Assembly (NCBI GenBank): GCA_944363705.1 | Contig: CALVUY010000001.1 | Location: 1-59,914, forward strand | Length of the DNA: 59,914 bases | Direction of reading: 5' to 3' | Origin: an uncultured Bacilli bacterium | GTDB taxonomy: Bacteria > Bacillota_I > Bacilli_A > RF39 > UBA660 | In this document: positions 16,137 through 26,891 of the stretch, in pieces | Layout of the letters: each line of letters begins with the position of its first letter | Position numbering within the stretch: position 1 is the first letter of the stretch | Program-made: the position numbers and the translations under genes | The notes under the pieces: model-generated | Databases searched by the model: none | What the model saw: only the letters and a program-made list of their open reading frames with translations | Told to the model about the DNA's origin: nothing

Positions 16137-18335
16137 ATGAATAAATGTGATATTATAATTCCTATATACAATGCTTATGATTGTGTAATTGAGTGTATTG
16201 ATTCAGTAATAAAGAATACAACTTTTGATGGCACTATATTGTATTTAATCGATGACAAAAGTCCTGATGATAGAATATTACCACTTTTAAAGAAATACCA
16301 AAAAAAATATAAGTTTATAAAAGTAATTGAAAATGAAGAAAATTTAGGATTTGTAGGTTCTGTTAATAAAGGAATGAAAGTGTCTAAACATGATGTTGTT
16401 TTATTAAATAGTGATACTGAAGTAACACCACATTGGTTAGAAAAAATTATTAAATGTGCATATAGTGAAAAGATGATTGCTACTGTAACACCATTATCTA
16501 ATAATGCTACTTTAGTTTCTATGCCTAATGGCTTACAAGCTAATGAATTACCTGAAAATATGACATTAAATGAATATAGTAATTTGGTAGAACTAAGTGC
16601 CTATAACAAAAACTTCCAATTACCAACAGCACATGGCTTTTGTATGTTTATTAAACGAGAAGTATTAGATTTAGTTGGTTATTTTGATGAGGAAACATTT
16701 GGTAAAGGATATGGTGAAGAGAACGATTTTTCATTTAGATGTTTAGATTATGGTTATAAAAATATTCTTTGCGATAATACTATTATTTATCATAAAGAAA
16801 AACAATCATTTTCAGAAAAAAGAGATGAATTAATTAAACAAAATTTAAAGAAATTGCACGAAAGATATCCAATATATTCTAGGAGAATAGAACTTTGGTG
16901 TGAAAATTTTCCAATTAAGATGATTTGTGAAAATATAGACTATCAAATAGAACTTCATAATAGAAAGAATATTTTGATATTAATTCATGATTGGACCGAT
17001 GTAAACAATAATGTGGGTGGCACTACTTTACATGTTTTAGATTTAATTAATTCAATGCGTAATGAGTATAATTTCCATGTTTTGGCTCCGGCTAATGGTA
17101 TATATATGTTGACCTCATATTTTAAAGATAAAGAGAAAGTTACAAAATTTCCAGCAGTAGAAAATTGTAATTTATTTGGATATTATAATAGTGAGTATAG
17201 AAAAATGATAGAAGATATTATTATTGGTTTTCGTATTGACTTTATTCATATTCATCATATGATATGTCATTTCTTTGATGTAATTGATGTTGCAGAACAG
17301 TACAAAATAAAAAGAATGATTACTTTACATGATTTCTATTGTTTATGTCCAACAATTAATATGTTATATAAGATGGAAAAATATTGTCCTCGTCTAGAAG
17401 AAAAAAACTGTAAAGAATGCTTGGTTTATAAAACAGGATTAAAAAACAATGTAATTCCATTATGGCATAGACAGTGGAATGAATTTTTGAAAAAATTTGA
17501 TAAAATAGTTGTTCCATCTGTTAGTACTAAAGAAGAAATAAATAGTATATATAGTGATATTAACATTGAGGTTATAGAACATGGAATAAATATTGAAAAG
17601 ACTGATTATTTAAGTTCTATAGATGATAAAGATACATATAATGTTGCTTTTGTTGGTGTAATGAGTGTTCATAAAGGTGGCAAAATTTTATTAGATTTGC
17701 TAAAAAAATCAACAGATAAAAAAATAGTATTTCATTTGTTTGGAACAACAGAGTTTGAAGAATTAGAACATAATAGAAAAAACTATATCTATCATGGCAA
17801 GTATAAAAGAGAAGAATTACCAAAATTGTTAGCTGAAAACAATATTAATTTAGTTTGTTCATTTTCTATTTGGGCTGAAACATATTCATATACACTTACA
17901 GAAGAAATAGCTAGTGGAGTTCCTGTTTTGAGTTTTGATGTTGGTGCTGTAGCTCAAAGATTGAAAGCTTCTAAGTGTGGATATATAATTAAATTAGATA
18001 GTAATACTGATGAGATTATGAAGAAAATAGAGGATATTTTTAATAATAAAATTGAATATCAAAAGATTATTAATAATATAAAAAATTATAAAATTAAAAG
18101 TGTTAAAGAAATGTCCAATGATTATAGAAAGATTTATAATATAACAGATAAAATAACTATTAATGAAAATAATGCGAATTATCTAAAGATGATTATTAAA
18201 GAAAACTATCAAGTTAAAGAATCAGTTAATAATGCTGAAACAACTTGGATTTTAAATTCATTAAAATGGAAAATTGTTTCTAAAATAAAGGTTCCAAATG
18301 CTATAAAAAAAGTTGTAAAAAAGGTTGTGAGGTGA
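16137..18335 (+). CDS. bifunctional glycosyltransferase (N-terminal GT2 + C-terminal GT4/GT1-like), GacG/RgpF-type polymerising enzyme candidate
   Basis: ATG 16137 (MNKCDIIIPIYNAYD) follows GGAGG. The track ORF starts at 16107 inside the upstream gene. Has a GT2 DDKSPD/NSD motif set and a C-terminal GT4-like E(x7)E region (ETYSYTLTEEIASGVPV). Confidence 0.7.
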   Translation: MNKCDIIIPIYNAYDCVIECIDSVIKNTTFDGTILYLIDDKSPDDRILPLLKKYQKKYKFIKVIENEENLGFVGSVNKGMKVSKHDVVLLNSDTEVTPHWLEKIIKCAYSEKMIATVTPLSNNATLVSMPNGLQANELPENMTLNEYSNLVELSAYNKNFQLPTAHGFCMFIKREVLDLVGYFDEETFGKGYGEENDFSFRCLDYGYKNILCDNTIIYHKEKQSFSEKRDELIKQNLKKLHERYPIYSRRIELWCENFPIKMICENIDYQIELHNRKNILILIHDWTDVNNNVGGTTLHVLDLINSMRNEYNFHVLAPANGIYMLTSYFKDKEKVTKFPAVENCNLFGYYNSEYRKMIEDIIIGFRIDFIHIHHMICHFFDVIDVAEQYKIKRMITLHDFYCLCPTINMLYKMEKYCPRLEEKNCKECLVYKTGLKNNVIPLWHRQWNEFLKKFDKIVVPSVSTKEEINSIYSDINIEVIEHGINIEKTDYLSSIDDKDTYNVAFVGVMSVHKGGKILLDLLKKSTDKKIVFHLFGTTEFEELEHNRKNYIYHGKYKREELPKLLAENNINLVCSFSIWAETYSYTLTEEIASGVPVLSFDVGAVAQRLKASKCGYIIKLDSNTDEIMKKIEDIFNNKIEYQKIINNIKNYKIKSVKEMSNDYRKIYNITDKITINENNANYLKMIIKENYQVKESVNNAETTWILNSLKWKIVSKIKVPNAIKKVVKKVVR

Positions 18336-18339
18336 CAAG

Positions 18340-19215
18340 ATGAAGATAGCTGGTGTAGTAGTTTTATATAATCCAGATAAGAATGTAAGGAAAAATATTG
18401 ATTCTTATATTGATGATTTAGATATGTTATATGTTGTTGACAATAGTCCTGAGCCTAATGATAATTCTAAATATTATAAAGGTAAAAAAATAAAATATAT
18501 TTCAAACCATGGAAATAAAGGTATTGCCTATGCTCTTAATGTTGGTGCTAAGGAGGCTATAAAAGAAAAAGCAGAATGGTTACTTACAATGGATCAAGAT
18601 AGTTCCTTTAAAGATGATTCATTAAATAAAATGATTGGTTTTTTAAAAGAGTTGAAAACAAATAATATAATGAGTTCAGCATTAAATTTAAAGTATGATA
18701 ATCTAGGTGTTATATCAGCCCTTCAAAGGACTATGTTAAATAAAGATGAGAAACTTAAAGGAATTGATTATCCACTAGTAGTTATGACTTCTGGCAATAT
18801 TATAAATTTAGCTACATATAAAAAAGTGGGTGGTTTTAAAGATTGGTTATTTATTGATGCCGTTGATTTTGAGTTTTGTTTAAATGTAAAGAAACATAAA
18901 TATGATATTATTCAGTATAATGAGGCAGAATTAAATCATAATTTAGGTCATATTAAGGAATATAATTTTCTAGGTAAGACAGTATATGTAACAAACCATA
19001 GTGCCATTAGACGTTATTATATAACAAGAAATAGACATTACTTGTATGATTTATATAACGAAGACTTTCTTGATTACTGTAGCATTGAATTAAGTAGAAC
19101 TAAGAAAGAATTATTAAAAATTATTTTATTTGAAGACAATAAATGGAATAAGATAAAAGCAATTTATAAAGGATATAAAGATTATAAGAGAGGTATTAAA
19201 GGTGAGATGAAATGA
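18340..19215 (+). CDS. GT2 glycosyltransferase (rhamnosyltransferase-like)
   Basis: 291 aa. AGVVVLYNPD...VVDNSP...MDQD pattern. Confidence 0.7.
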   Translation: MKIAGVVVLYNPDKNVRKNIDSYIDDLDMLYVVDNSPEPNDNSKYYKGKKIKYISNHGNKGIAYALNVGAKEAIKEKAEWLLTMDQDSSFKDDSLNKMIGFLKELKTNNIMSSALNLKYDNLGVISALQRTMLNKDEKLKGIDYPLVVMTSGNIINLATYKKVGGFKDWLFIDAVDFEFCLNVKKHKYDIIQYNEAELNHNLGHIKEYNFLGKTVYVTNHSAIRRYYITRNRHYLYDLYNEDFLDYCSIELSRTKKELLKIILFEDNKWNKIKAIYKGYKDYKRGIKGEMK

Positions 19216-21284
19216 GCAAACAGAAAAAAGCATTTATTTTTAGTTCATTAGCTATTATTTTTCCAATTTTAGTAGAAAAATTTATTTTCTATAATGAAGC
19301 TTTTTCTTTTGATCGCTTTCTATTATTATTTTTAGTCTTAATTTTTGCTTTTTCTTTCCTTGTATTTGACAGAAAAAAAGAATTAGAGTTTATTTATAAA
19401 AAAAGATATATATTAGGTATTTGTTTATTTGCTTTTTTAGTAATTATGGGCTATCATGGTTCTTCAATTTCAATTTATAATCAAATTATTGAACCAGAAT
19501 ACAACATTGAATCATCTAAACCTATTTTAGGACAGGAAAGAGTTATTCGAGGAGATGAGTGGGGGGTATCAACTCCAACTTTATTATCTCAAGTTTATAA
19601 TGATTTCAATGAGAAAAGCAGTATATTAATGGCTACAGATAATAATGTTACTTTATATCCTAAAATAGTAGCACGAACTCTTTCTGCTATATCTATTCCA
19701 AATCAGTTAGGTTTTCTATTTTTACCAACTGAGCAAGCTTTTTCCTTTTCTTGGTTTTTCGGCTATTTCCTACTATTTTTTGCCAGTTTTGAACTATTAA
19801 TGATAATAACTCAAAAGAATAAATTTTATTCATTACTAGGATCTTTATTAATTACTTTTTCTCCTGCTGTGCAGTGGTGGGAATTTTGGAATGTGCTTGC
19901 CTATGGTGAAATTGCAATGATTTTATTTAACTTTTATTTAAAAGAAAAAAATAAAGTAAAAGAGATATTATATTCTATAGGAATAGGTATCATAGGAGCT
20001 TGTTATATTATGTGTTTATATCCAGCTTGGCAAGTTCCTTACGGCTTCTTATTTTTATTACTTGCTATATGGATTATGAAACAAAACAAAGAAGATTGTA
20101 ATTTAAAGAAAATGCTATTATTAATAACTGTTGCTATCGCTGTTATTTGTGCAATTATTATTCCAATATTTTTAAATTCTTATGATATTTATTTAACTAT
20201 AACTAATACTGCTTATCCAGGTAAAAGATTTATGACTGGTGGAGATGGTTGGCAAAATTTATTTAATTATTTCTCTTCCATTTTTAATACATATAAAGAA
20301 AGTAGCAATGCTTCAGAAATGGCTCAATTTATTTCTTTATATCCAGTACCTATTATAATGGGATTATATTATTGGCATCAAAACCGAAAAAAATATAAAA
20401 AAGACTTTTTACTAGTAGCTTTAACTTGTTTAGCTATTTTGTTAACAGTATGGAATTATGTTGAATTACCAGAATTTTTAGCTAAAATTAGTCTTCTTTC
20501 ATTCTCAACTCCTAATAGATGTTCACTAGTAGCTAGTTTTGTGTGTTTGCTTCTTTTAATAGTATGCCTATCACGTTATAGTGAGAAAAATATTAAATAT
20601 ACAGTTAAATTTCAAAATTTTATAATTGCCTTTTTATTAGTTTGGTTAGGAATATATGTAGTAAAAGTTCATTATCCTGATTATATTGATAATTCAATTA
20701 TTATTATTGATTTATTATTATATGTACCTGTAATCTTCTTAGTTTTAATAAATCATGCAAAATTAAATAAGATTGCCTTTTTAGTTCTTACTCTTGCAAC
20801 AGTATTTAGTGGGATTGGGGTTCATCCATTAAATAAAGGTTTAGATGTAGTATATGAAAAGCCTATAGCAAAAGAAGTGCAAAAGATAAATGAGAATGAT
20901 AAAGATGCAACTTGGGCTACAGTTGAAACTGTACCATATGTTCAAAATTATTTAGTGGCAAATGGAGCTCATACATTGAACTCTACGAATTTTTATCCAA
21001 ATTTAAAAATGTGGGATAAACTTGATTTACCTTCCGAATTAGAGAATATTTATAATCGCTATTCTCATATTAATATAAATATTACAAATTCTAAAACAAC
21101 TGTTAGTTTAAAATATGAAGATCAACTTAATCTAGAATTAAATTCTAGTGATGTTTGTTTATTAGGAATTGATTATCTAGTTACGGAAGATGAGCTTAAT
21201 AGCTATGATAATAATCAGGTAACATTTAATAATATATATGATAAATATTCAATGAAAATTTATTCTGTAAGGTGCAATAGCTAA
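19212..21284 (+). CDS. large polytopic membrane protein, putative GT-C-type glycosyltransferase (GacL-like role)
   Basis: 690 aa with more than 10 predicted TM helices plus a soluble C-terminal domain. Positioned beside a GT2/DUF2304/flippase trio. Function inferred from context only. Confidence 0.4.
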   Translation: MSKQKKAFIFSSLAIIFPILVEKFIFYNEAFSFDRFLLLFLVLIFAFSFLVFDRKKELEFIYKKRYILGICLFAFLVIMGYHGSSISIYNQIIEPEYNIESSKPILGQERVIRGDEWGVSTPTLLSQVYNDFNEKSSILMATDNNVTLYPKIVARTLSAISIPNQLGFLFLPTEQAFSFSWFFGYFLLFFASFELLMIITQKNKFYSLLGSLLITFSPAVQWWEFWNVLAYGEIAMILFNFYLKEKNKVKEILYSIGIGIIGACYIMCLYPAWQVPYGFLFLLLAIWIMKQNKEDCNLKKMLLLITVAIAVICAIIIPIFLNSYDIYLTITNTAYPGKRFMTGGDGWQNLFNYFSSIFNTYKESSNASEMAQFISLYPVPIIMGLYYWHQNRKKYKKDFLLVALTCLAILLTVWNYVELPEFLAKISLLSFSTPNRCSLVASFVCLLLLIVCLSRYSEKNIKYTVKFQNFIIAFLLVWLGIYVVKVHYPDYIDNSIIIIDLLLYVPVIFLVLINHAKLNKIAFLVLTLATVFSGIGVHPLNKGLDVVYEKPIAKEVQKINENDKDATWATVETVPYVQNYLVANGAHTLNSTNFYPNLKMWDKLDLPSELENIYNRYSHININITNSKTTVSLKYEDQLNLELNSSDVCLLGIDYLVTEDELNSYDNNQVTFNNIYDKYSMKIYSVRCNS

Positions 21285-21310
21285 TTTTATATAGAAATGG
21301 AGTACATATA

Positions 21311-22036
21311 ATGAAAAACTTACAAAAAAAAATTTTATTAATTATTCCAGCTTATAACGAAGAAGATAATATATTAAAGATATATAATTCTCTAAAAGAG
21401 TTTAATAAAAATAATAAAACTAATTATGATGTTATTGTTATAAATGATGGCTCTAAAGATAAGACTGGAGAAATTTTAGATAAAGAAAAAATTCCTCATA
21501 TTGATTTAATACATAATTTGGGAATTGGAGGAGCGGTTCAAACAGGTTATAAATATGCATTTTATAATAATTATGATATAGCTATTCAATTTGATGGAGA
21601 TGGACAACATGATATTAACTATGTTTCTAAACTAATAGATCCAATTTTAAAAAATAAAGCAGATTTTGTTATAGGTAGTCGTTTTATTGATAATACTAGT
21701 GCTTTTAAGACTTCTTTTAGTAGAAGAATTGGTATTAGGATTATTTCTTCATTTATTCATCTGTTTGCTAGAGTTAAGGTCTATGATACTACTAGTGGAT
21801 TTAGAGCATGTAATAAAGAAATAATTAATCTATTTGCAATTTCTTATCCATTAGAGTATCCTGAACCAATAACAACTGTTGAACTTGTTAAAAGAGGCTA
21901 TAGAATAAAAGAAGTAGGTGTTAATATGAATGAAAGACAGGGTGGTGTTTCTTCTATTCATGCTTGGAAAAATGCCTATTATATGCTTAATGTTTGTTTG
22001 TCTATTATAGTTGCTAGTACTAGGAGGTATAAGTAA
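21311..22036 (+). CDS. GT2 polyprenyl-phosphate sugar synthase (GacI-like)
   Basis: 241 aa. IIPAYNEE...INDGSKDKT...FDGDGQHD motifs. Followed by a DUF2304-type partner with an overlapping stop/start. Confidence 0.7.
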   Translation: MKNLQKKILLIIPAYNEEDNILKIYNSLKEFNKNNKTNYDVIVINDGSKDKTGEILDKEKIPHIDLIHNLGIGGAVQTGYKYAFYNNYDIAIQFDGDGQHDINYVSKLIDPILKNKADFVIGSRFIDNTSAFKTSFSRRIGIRIISSFIHLFARVKVYDTTSGFRACNKEIINLFAISYPLEYPEPITTVELVKRGYRIKEVGVNMNERQGGVSSIHAWKNAYYMLNVCLSIIVASTRRYK

Positions 22037-22380
22037 TGAATGATAAATTAATTATAACTGTTGTTATTTTTGCTCTTGTTTTATTTTTCTTTGTCTTTCA
22101 ACTATTAAGAAAAGGAAGAATCCCTGTTAAATATGCTTTAGTATGGCTTTTTGCTGTTATTATCATTTTTATAACTTCAATTATTCCTGATTTAATGGAA
22201 AATTTAGCTGAAATGTTAGGTTTTGAACTTTTATCTAATATGGTGTTATGTATATTTATAACAGTCTTAATATTTGTAACAATTATCTTAACTGTTATGA
22301 TGGCAGGTCAAAAAAAGAAAACTACACTTTTAATTCAAGAGCTTTCTATTCTTAAAGCTGAACTAGAAAAAAAGAAATAG
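22036..22380 (+). CDS. small DUF2304-type membrane protein (GacJ-like GT2 partner)
   Basis: 114 aa with 3-4 TM helices. Translationally coupled to the upstream GT2. Confidence 0.6.
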   Translation: MNDKLIITVVIFALVLFFFVFQLLRKGRIPVKYALVWLFAVIIIFITSIIPDLMENLAEMLGFELLSNMVLCIFITVLIFVTIILTVMMAGQKKKTTLLIQELSILKAELEKKK

Positions 22381-22399
22381 AAGTAAATGAGGTGATGTA

Positions 22400-23677
22400 A
22401 TGAAGAGTAATAAAAATAAAGACTTTATTTGGAATCTTTTAGGGTTAACAATCAATTCATTTAATTCTTTTTTCTTTTTAATTGTTGTAAATAGAATAAA
22501 TGGTAGTGAAAGTGGTGGAGTTTTTACTTATGCTTATTCGCTAATCTGTTTATTTTATATGATTGGTATTTTCTATACAAGAACATATCAAGTTTCTGAT
22601 ACTTCTAATAAATATACTAATAAAGAGTATATCTGTAGTAGAGCTTTTAGTTGTACTGCAATGTTATTAGTAACTATTATTTCATTATTAATATTTAGAT
22701 ATGATTATTTTAAAACAAGTATAATAATTTTATTATGTCTATATCGATTAATAGAAGCTTTTGCAGATGTGTTTTTGGGTATTTTACAAAAAGAAGGTTT
22801 TTTATATAAAGCAGGTTTTTCACTCTTTGTAAAAGGAATAGTTGGACTTATAGTATTTATATTAGTTGATTACTTTACAAAGAATTTAATAATTTCTTGT
22901 GTTTCTATTGTTTTAGTGAATATAATAATATTTTTAATATATGATTTACATAATACAAAAAAATACATAGAAAAATCATATAAATTAAAAAATGCTTTTG
23001 CAATATTAAAGACAAGTTTTCCTGTTTTTATCTTTACATTTTTAAATATATATTTAGTTAATGCCTCAAAATATATATTAGATATATTTGATAGTGCAAG
23101 TATTCAAAATGTATATGGAATTATTTTAATGCCTGGTACTGTTTTAAGTTTATGTGCTCAATATATTTTAAATCCTTATATTGTTCCATTAACTAATTTA
23201 TATAAAGATAAAAAGTTTAAAGAATATGATAAATCAATATTTAAAATAATAGCAATAATATTTATTTTGGGTATAGCTTGTGAATTTGTAGTTGCAATTA
23301 TTGGTATACCTTTGTTAAACTTAGTTTATGGAATAGATTTATCAGATTATAAGATAGAATTATTAGTAATTATATTTGGCTCTATTTTTGTAGCTTTGAT
23401 TGCTGTTATATCATCTGGCTTAACTATTATTAAAAAGAATTATATTCAAGTATATATATATATTGCTAATTGTATTTTAACAACTATAATAGCAGTATTA
23501 CTTATAAATAAGTTTTCTATAATGGGAGCTTCACTTACGTATACAATTTCTATGATTATACAGTTTTGTAGTTCTTATTTATTTTATAAAAATTATATTA
23601 ATGGAGGTATAGATAATGAAGGAAGTAATAAGAAGAGTATTAGAAGAGGAAAAAGAAAATTTAGAGTCGCTATCTAA
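22400..23677 (+). CDS. MOP-superfamily polysaccharide flippase (Wzx/GacK-like)
   Basis: 425 aa with about 12 TM helices. The 3' end overlaps gmhA by 62 nt. Confidence 0.65.
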   Translation: MKSNKNKDFIWNLLGLTINSFNSFFFLIVVNRINGSESGGVFTYAYSLICLFYMIGIFYTRTYQVSDTSNKYTNKEYICSRAFSCTAMLLVTIISLLIFRYDYFKTSIIILLCLYRLIEAFADVFLGILQKEGFLYKAGFSLFVKGIVGLIVFILVDYFTKNLIISCVSIVLVNIIIFLIYDLHNTKKYIEKSYKLKNAFAILKTSFPVFIFTFLNIYLVNASKYILDIFDSASIQNVYGIILMPGTVLSLCAQYILNPYIVPLTNLYKDKKFKEYDKSIFKIIAIIFILGIACEFVVAIIGIPLLNLVYGIDLSDYKIELLVIIFGSIFVALIAVISSGLTIIKKNYIQVYIYIANCILTTIIAVLLINKFSIMGASLTYTISMIIQFCSSYLFYKNYINGGIDNEGSNKKSIRRGKRKFRVAI

Positions 23678-24203
23678 AAATGACTTTGCAGATAAAATTA
23701 TAGATATGTCTAATATCATAATTAAATCTTTAGAAAACGATGGCAAGATTTTAATTGCAGGAAATGGTGGTAGTGCTGCTGATGCTCAACATTTTGCGGC
23801 AGAAATTGTAGGAAGGTTTGTATTAGAGAGAAGTGGTTATCCCGCTATTGCTTTAACAACTGATACTTCAATTTTAACTGCTGTTGCTAATGATTATGGT
23901 TATGATAAAGTTTTTTCAAGACAAGTAGAGGCTTTAGGAAATAAAAATGATGTTTTTATTGGTATTTCTACTAGTGGAAATTCTAAAAATATTATAGAAG
24001 CGATTAAGGAAGCCAAAAATAAAGGAATGACTGTTTTAGGGTTAGTAGGTAAAGATGGAGGACTTATGAAAGATATTTGTGATGTTTGCTTAGTATTTAA
24101 CTATAAAGATACTGCTAGAGTTCAAGAGCATCATATTATGTCAATACATATTATTTGTGAGATAGTAGAAAGAAGTTTAAAAGATTATTATGAAAAACAA
24201 TAA
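23616..24203 (+). CDS. gmhA: D-sedoheptulose-7-phosphate isomerase
   Basis: 195 aa. SIS domain with [15 protein letters not shown] and ISTSGNS motifs. RBS GGAGG. Confidence 0.88.
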   Translation: MKEVIRRVLEEEKENLESLSKNDFADKIIDMSNIIIKSLENDGKILIAGNGGSAADAQHFAAEIVGRFVLERSGYPAIALTTDTSILTAVANDYGYDKVFSRQVEALGNKNDVFIGISTSGNSKNIIEAIKEAKNKGMTVLGLVGKDGGLMKDICDVCLVFNYKDTARVQEHHIMSIHIICEIVERSLKDYYEKQ

Positions 24204-25419
24204 AACTTATATTCCATCTTTATTCAGTAAATTAACTAATTTAACACAAAAATATTCTTTATTTAGAAAAATGAAGGCTTTGATGTATTATAGTGATGCA
24301 GTATTATCTTTATTTATTAAAAAGCCTAAGTATAAGCATTCTAAAAAAAAGAAAGTCTTAATAATATATAATTTAGCATTTGGTGATGGAGTTATTTTTA
24401 GATGTTCTCTTATCTATCTTAGAAAAATATATCCTAAAAATAAATATGATATTACTCTTATCTGTCAAAAAGGTATAGATAAATTATATGGTAAGGATGA
24501 TATTTTTGATAAGATAATTGCTATAGATTGTAATAAGGCTACAGTTAATTTGAAAGAAAGAATTAAAAATTTTAAGATTATTAGAGAGAATTATTATGAT
24601 ATTATAATTGATCCTGTTGGTATATTTGAATATACTACTAATGTTTTATATACAAGATTTGCTGTTGGTAATAAAAAGATTGGTTATATAGATAATAATT
24701 CTAAAGTTTATATTAGTAAAAGAAAGATTAAGAAAATATATAATAGAATTATAGAACTTGATAAGAAGGATGTTTCACTTCTTGAGTATTATAATATTTT
24801 CTTTAATAAGTTAGCAGGTAAAGAGAATAAAATACCATTAGGATTTCAAAAGCTAAAGACAACTCCTACAAAGTTAGAGCTTCCAAAAGAATATTTTATA
24901 ATCTTTCCTAGTGCTAGTATTGGACTTAAAAGATGGCCTATTAATCGGTTTGCAGAACTAACGAAAAAAGTTTATCAAAAGACTAATATGACATTAGTAT
25001 TAGTTGGAACACAAACTGATTTAGAAGCGATAAATGAGTTAGTAGAACAACTTGATTCTTCTATTCCTTATTTAAACTTAGTATTGAAGACTAGTTTAAA
25101 TGATTATATAGATATAATTAAGAAAGCAAAGTTAGTTATTACTAATGATACGAGTGCTTATCATATCGCTGTTATTGAAGAAGTGAACTGTGCTCTTATT
25201 GCAGGTGCTTATACTTATGATAGATATGCTTTATATGATTTTCCTAATAAAGAGAAATATAAAAGACCATGTGTTATTGTAAAAGATAAAAAATGTAAAA
25301 ATTGTAATAATAGATGTCCATATTTAAATAAAGATGATAAAACATGGCCATGTCTTAATGAAATTACAGTTAATTATGCTTTTAAAAAGATTGAGAAATT
25401 ACTTGATGAAAATAATTAA
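24190..25419 (+). CDS. glycosyltransferase family 9 (heptosyltransferase-like)
   Basis: 409 aa. [12 protein letters not shown]...LVGTQTD...[11 protein letters not shown] blocks are typical of GT9. Has a Cys-rich C-terminal segment (CKNCNNRCP...WPC). Confidence 0.7.
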   Translation: MKNNKTYIPSLFSKLTNLTQKYSLFRKMKALMYYSDAVLSLFIKKPKYKHSKKKKVLIIYNLAFGDGVIFRCSLIYLRKIYPKNKYDITLICQKGIDKLYGKDDIFDKIIAIDCNKATVNLKERIKNFKIIRENYYDIIIDPVGIFEYTTNVLYTRFAVGNKKIGYIDNNSKVYISKRKIKKIYNRIIELDKKDVSLLEYYNIFFNKLAGKENKIPLGFQKLKTTPTKLELPKEYFIIFPSASIGLKRWPINRFAELTKKVYQKTNMTLVLVGTQTDLEAINELVEQLDSSIPYLNLVLKTSLNDYIDIIKKAKLVITNDTSAYHIAVIEEVNCALIAGAYTYDRYALYDFPNKEKYKRPCVIVKDKKCKNCNNRCPYLNKDDKTWPCLNEITVNYAFKKIEKLLDENN

Positions 25420-25442
25420 TATATTTAGAAAGGAAAAGACGT

Positions 25443-26891
25443 ATGGATATAGAAAAATTAGAAAAAGTTAAAGATGTTAAGATTTTAGTATTTGGAGATT
25501 ATATAGTAGATAAATATATTTTTGGTAGTGTTAAAAGAATTTCTCCTGAGGCTCCGGTTCCTGTTATTAACTATGAAAAGAGCCAAGTAAAACTTGGAGG
25601 AGCAGGAAATGTTATAAATAACTTAATTTCATTAGGGGCAAAAGTTAGGGCTCTTGGTTGTACTGGATATGATGAAGCAGGTAACTTTATTTATAATACT
25701 TTTTTAGATAAAGGTGTTGATACTACTTTTTTTAAACAATATCCAGAGATTAAAACTATTCAAAAGATAAGAGTTGTTTCTAAGACTCATCAGTTTATGC
25801 GTATTGATGAAGAAGAAGTTAAAGATTTACCTAGTCCTTATTATCTTTATTTAAAAGATAATATAGCAAATATTTTAGAAAATATTAATGCTATTATTAT
25901 TTCTGATTATGCTAAGGGATCAATAAATAAAGAATATGCTAGTTTAATTATTGAAAATGCTAAGAAAAAAAATATTCCTGTTATAGTTGATCCTAAAGGT
26001 AATGACTATAGTAAATATAGGGGCGCTACTTTATGTACACCAAACATGAAGGAGTTTATGGAAGCAGTGAAAGTACCTGTTAAGAGTGAAGATGATATCC
26101 TTAAAGAAGGAGTTAAACTTGCTAAAGCTTTAAATTTAAAGTATTTGATTGTTACTAGATCTGAAAAAGGTTTAAGTCTAATAGAAAATGATACTAAAAG
26201 GGATTTTCCTGCTCAGGCAAAGGAAGTTATTGATGTATCTGGAGCAGGGGATACTGTTATATCAACAATGGGAATATTACAGGCTCTTAAATTCGATATT
26301 GATGAGACATGTGTACTTGCTAATTTAGCAGCATCTGTTGTTATTTCTAAGTTTGGTACTAGTACTTTGACTATGGATGAGTTAATTTCTAAAGAGCTAG
26401 ATGATACTAATTTTAAATTATTAGATGTTTCTACTATTAGAAATGTTGCGGAAGAATTTAAACAAAAAGATAAAAAAATAGTTTTTACAAATGGTTGTTT
26501 TGATTTATTACATGCAGGACATATTTCATCATTTGAACAAGCAAAAAAAATGGGAGATATATTAATAGTCGCAGTTAATAGTGATAAATCTGTTAAAGAT
26601 AATAAAGGAGATTTAAGACCTATAATATCTGAAAAAGATAGAATAAAAATGCTTTGTTCTTTAGAAGTTATAGACTATGTTGTTTTAATGGATGATAAGA
26701 CTCCAGAAAGATTAATTAGTTTAATTCAACCAGATATTTGTGTTAAAGGTGATGATTGGAAAGGTAAGGAGATACCTGAGAAGAAAATTATAGACTCATA
26801 CGGTGGTGAATTAAAGTTCATTGAACTAAAAAAGAATTTATCCACTACGAAAATTATAGAAAGAATTTTAAAAGTATATGAAAAAAAATAA
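25443..26891 (+). CDS. hldE: bifunctional D-beta-D-heptose 7-phosphate kinase / heptose 1-phosphate adenylyltransferase
   Basis: 482 aa. The N-terminal ribokinase-like domain (RISPEAPVPV, GAGDTV) and the C-terminal cytidylyltransferase domain (NGCFDLLHAGH) are as in RfaE/HldE. Confidence 0.88.
   Translation: MDIEKLEKVKDVKILVFGDYIVDKYIFGSVKRISPEAPVPVINYEKSQVKLGGAGNVINNLISLGAKVRALGCTGYDEAGNFIYNTFLDKGVDTTFFKQYPEIKTIQKIRVVSKTHQFMRIDEEEVKDLPSPYYLYLKDNIANILENINAIIISDYAKGSINKEYASLIIENAKKKNIPVIVDPKGNDYSKYRGATLCTPNMKEFMEAVKVPVKSEDDILKEGVKLAKALNLKYLIVTRSEKGLSLIENDTKRDFPAQAKEVIDVSGAGDTVISTMGILQALKFDIDETCVLANLAASVVISKFGTSTLTMDELISKELDDTNFKLLDVSTIRNVAEEFKQKDKKIVFTNGCFDLLHAGHISSFEQAKKMGDILIVAVNSDKSVKDNKGDLRPIISEKDRIKMLCSLEVIDYVVLMDDKTPERLISLIQPDICVKGDDWKGKEIPEKKIIDSYGGELKFIELKKNLSTTKIIERILKVYEKK

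Noticed and set aside
24343-24350. Other long homopolymers as phase-variation switches: A8 at 24343-24350 in the GT9 gene, A8 at 26543-26550 in hldE, and A8/A9/T8 runs in gmhB, the second DUF616 gene, the GH25 gene, the ylbJ-like gene and the LCP gene
   Set aside because: All of these genes are intact and in frame. Such runs are expected in a genome this AT-rich. Only the 14430-14447 tracts coincide with an actual frame break.
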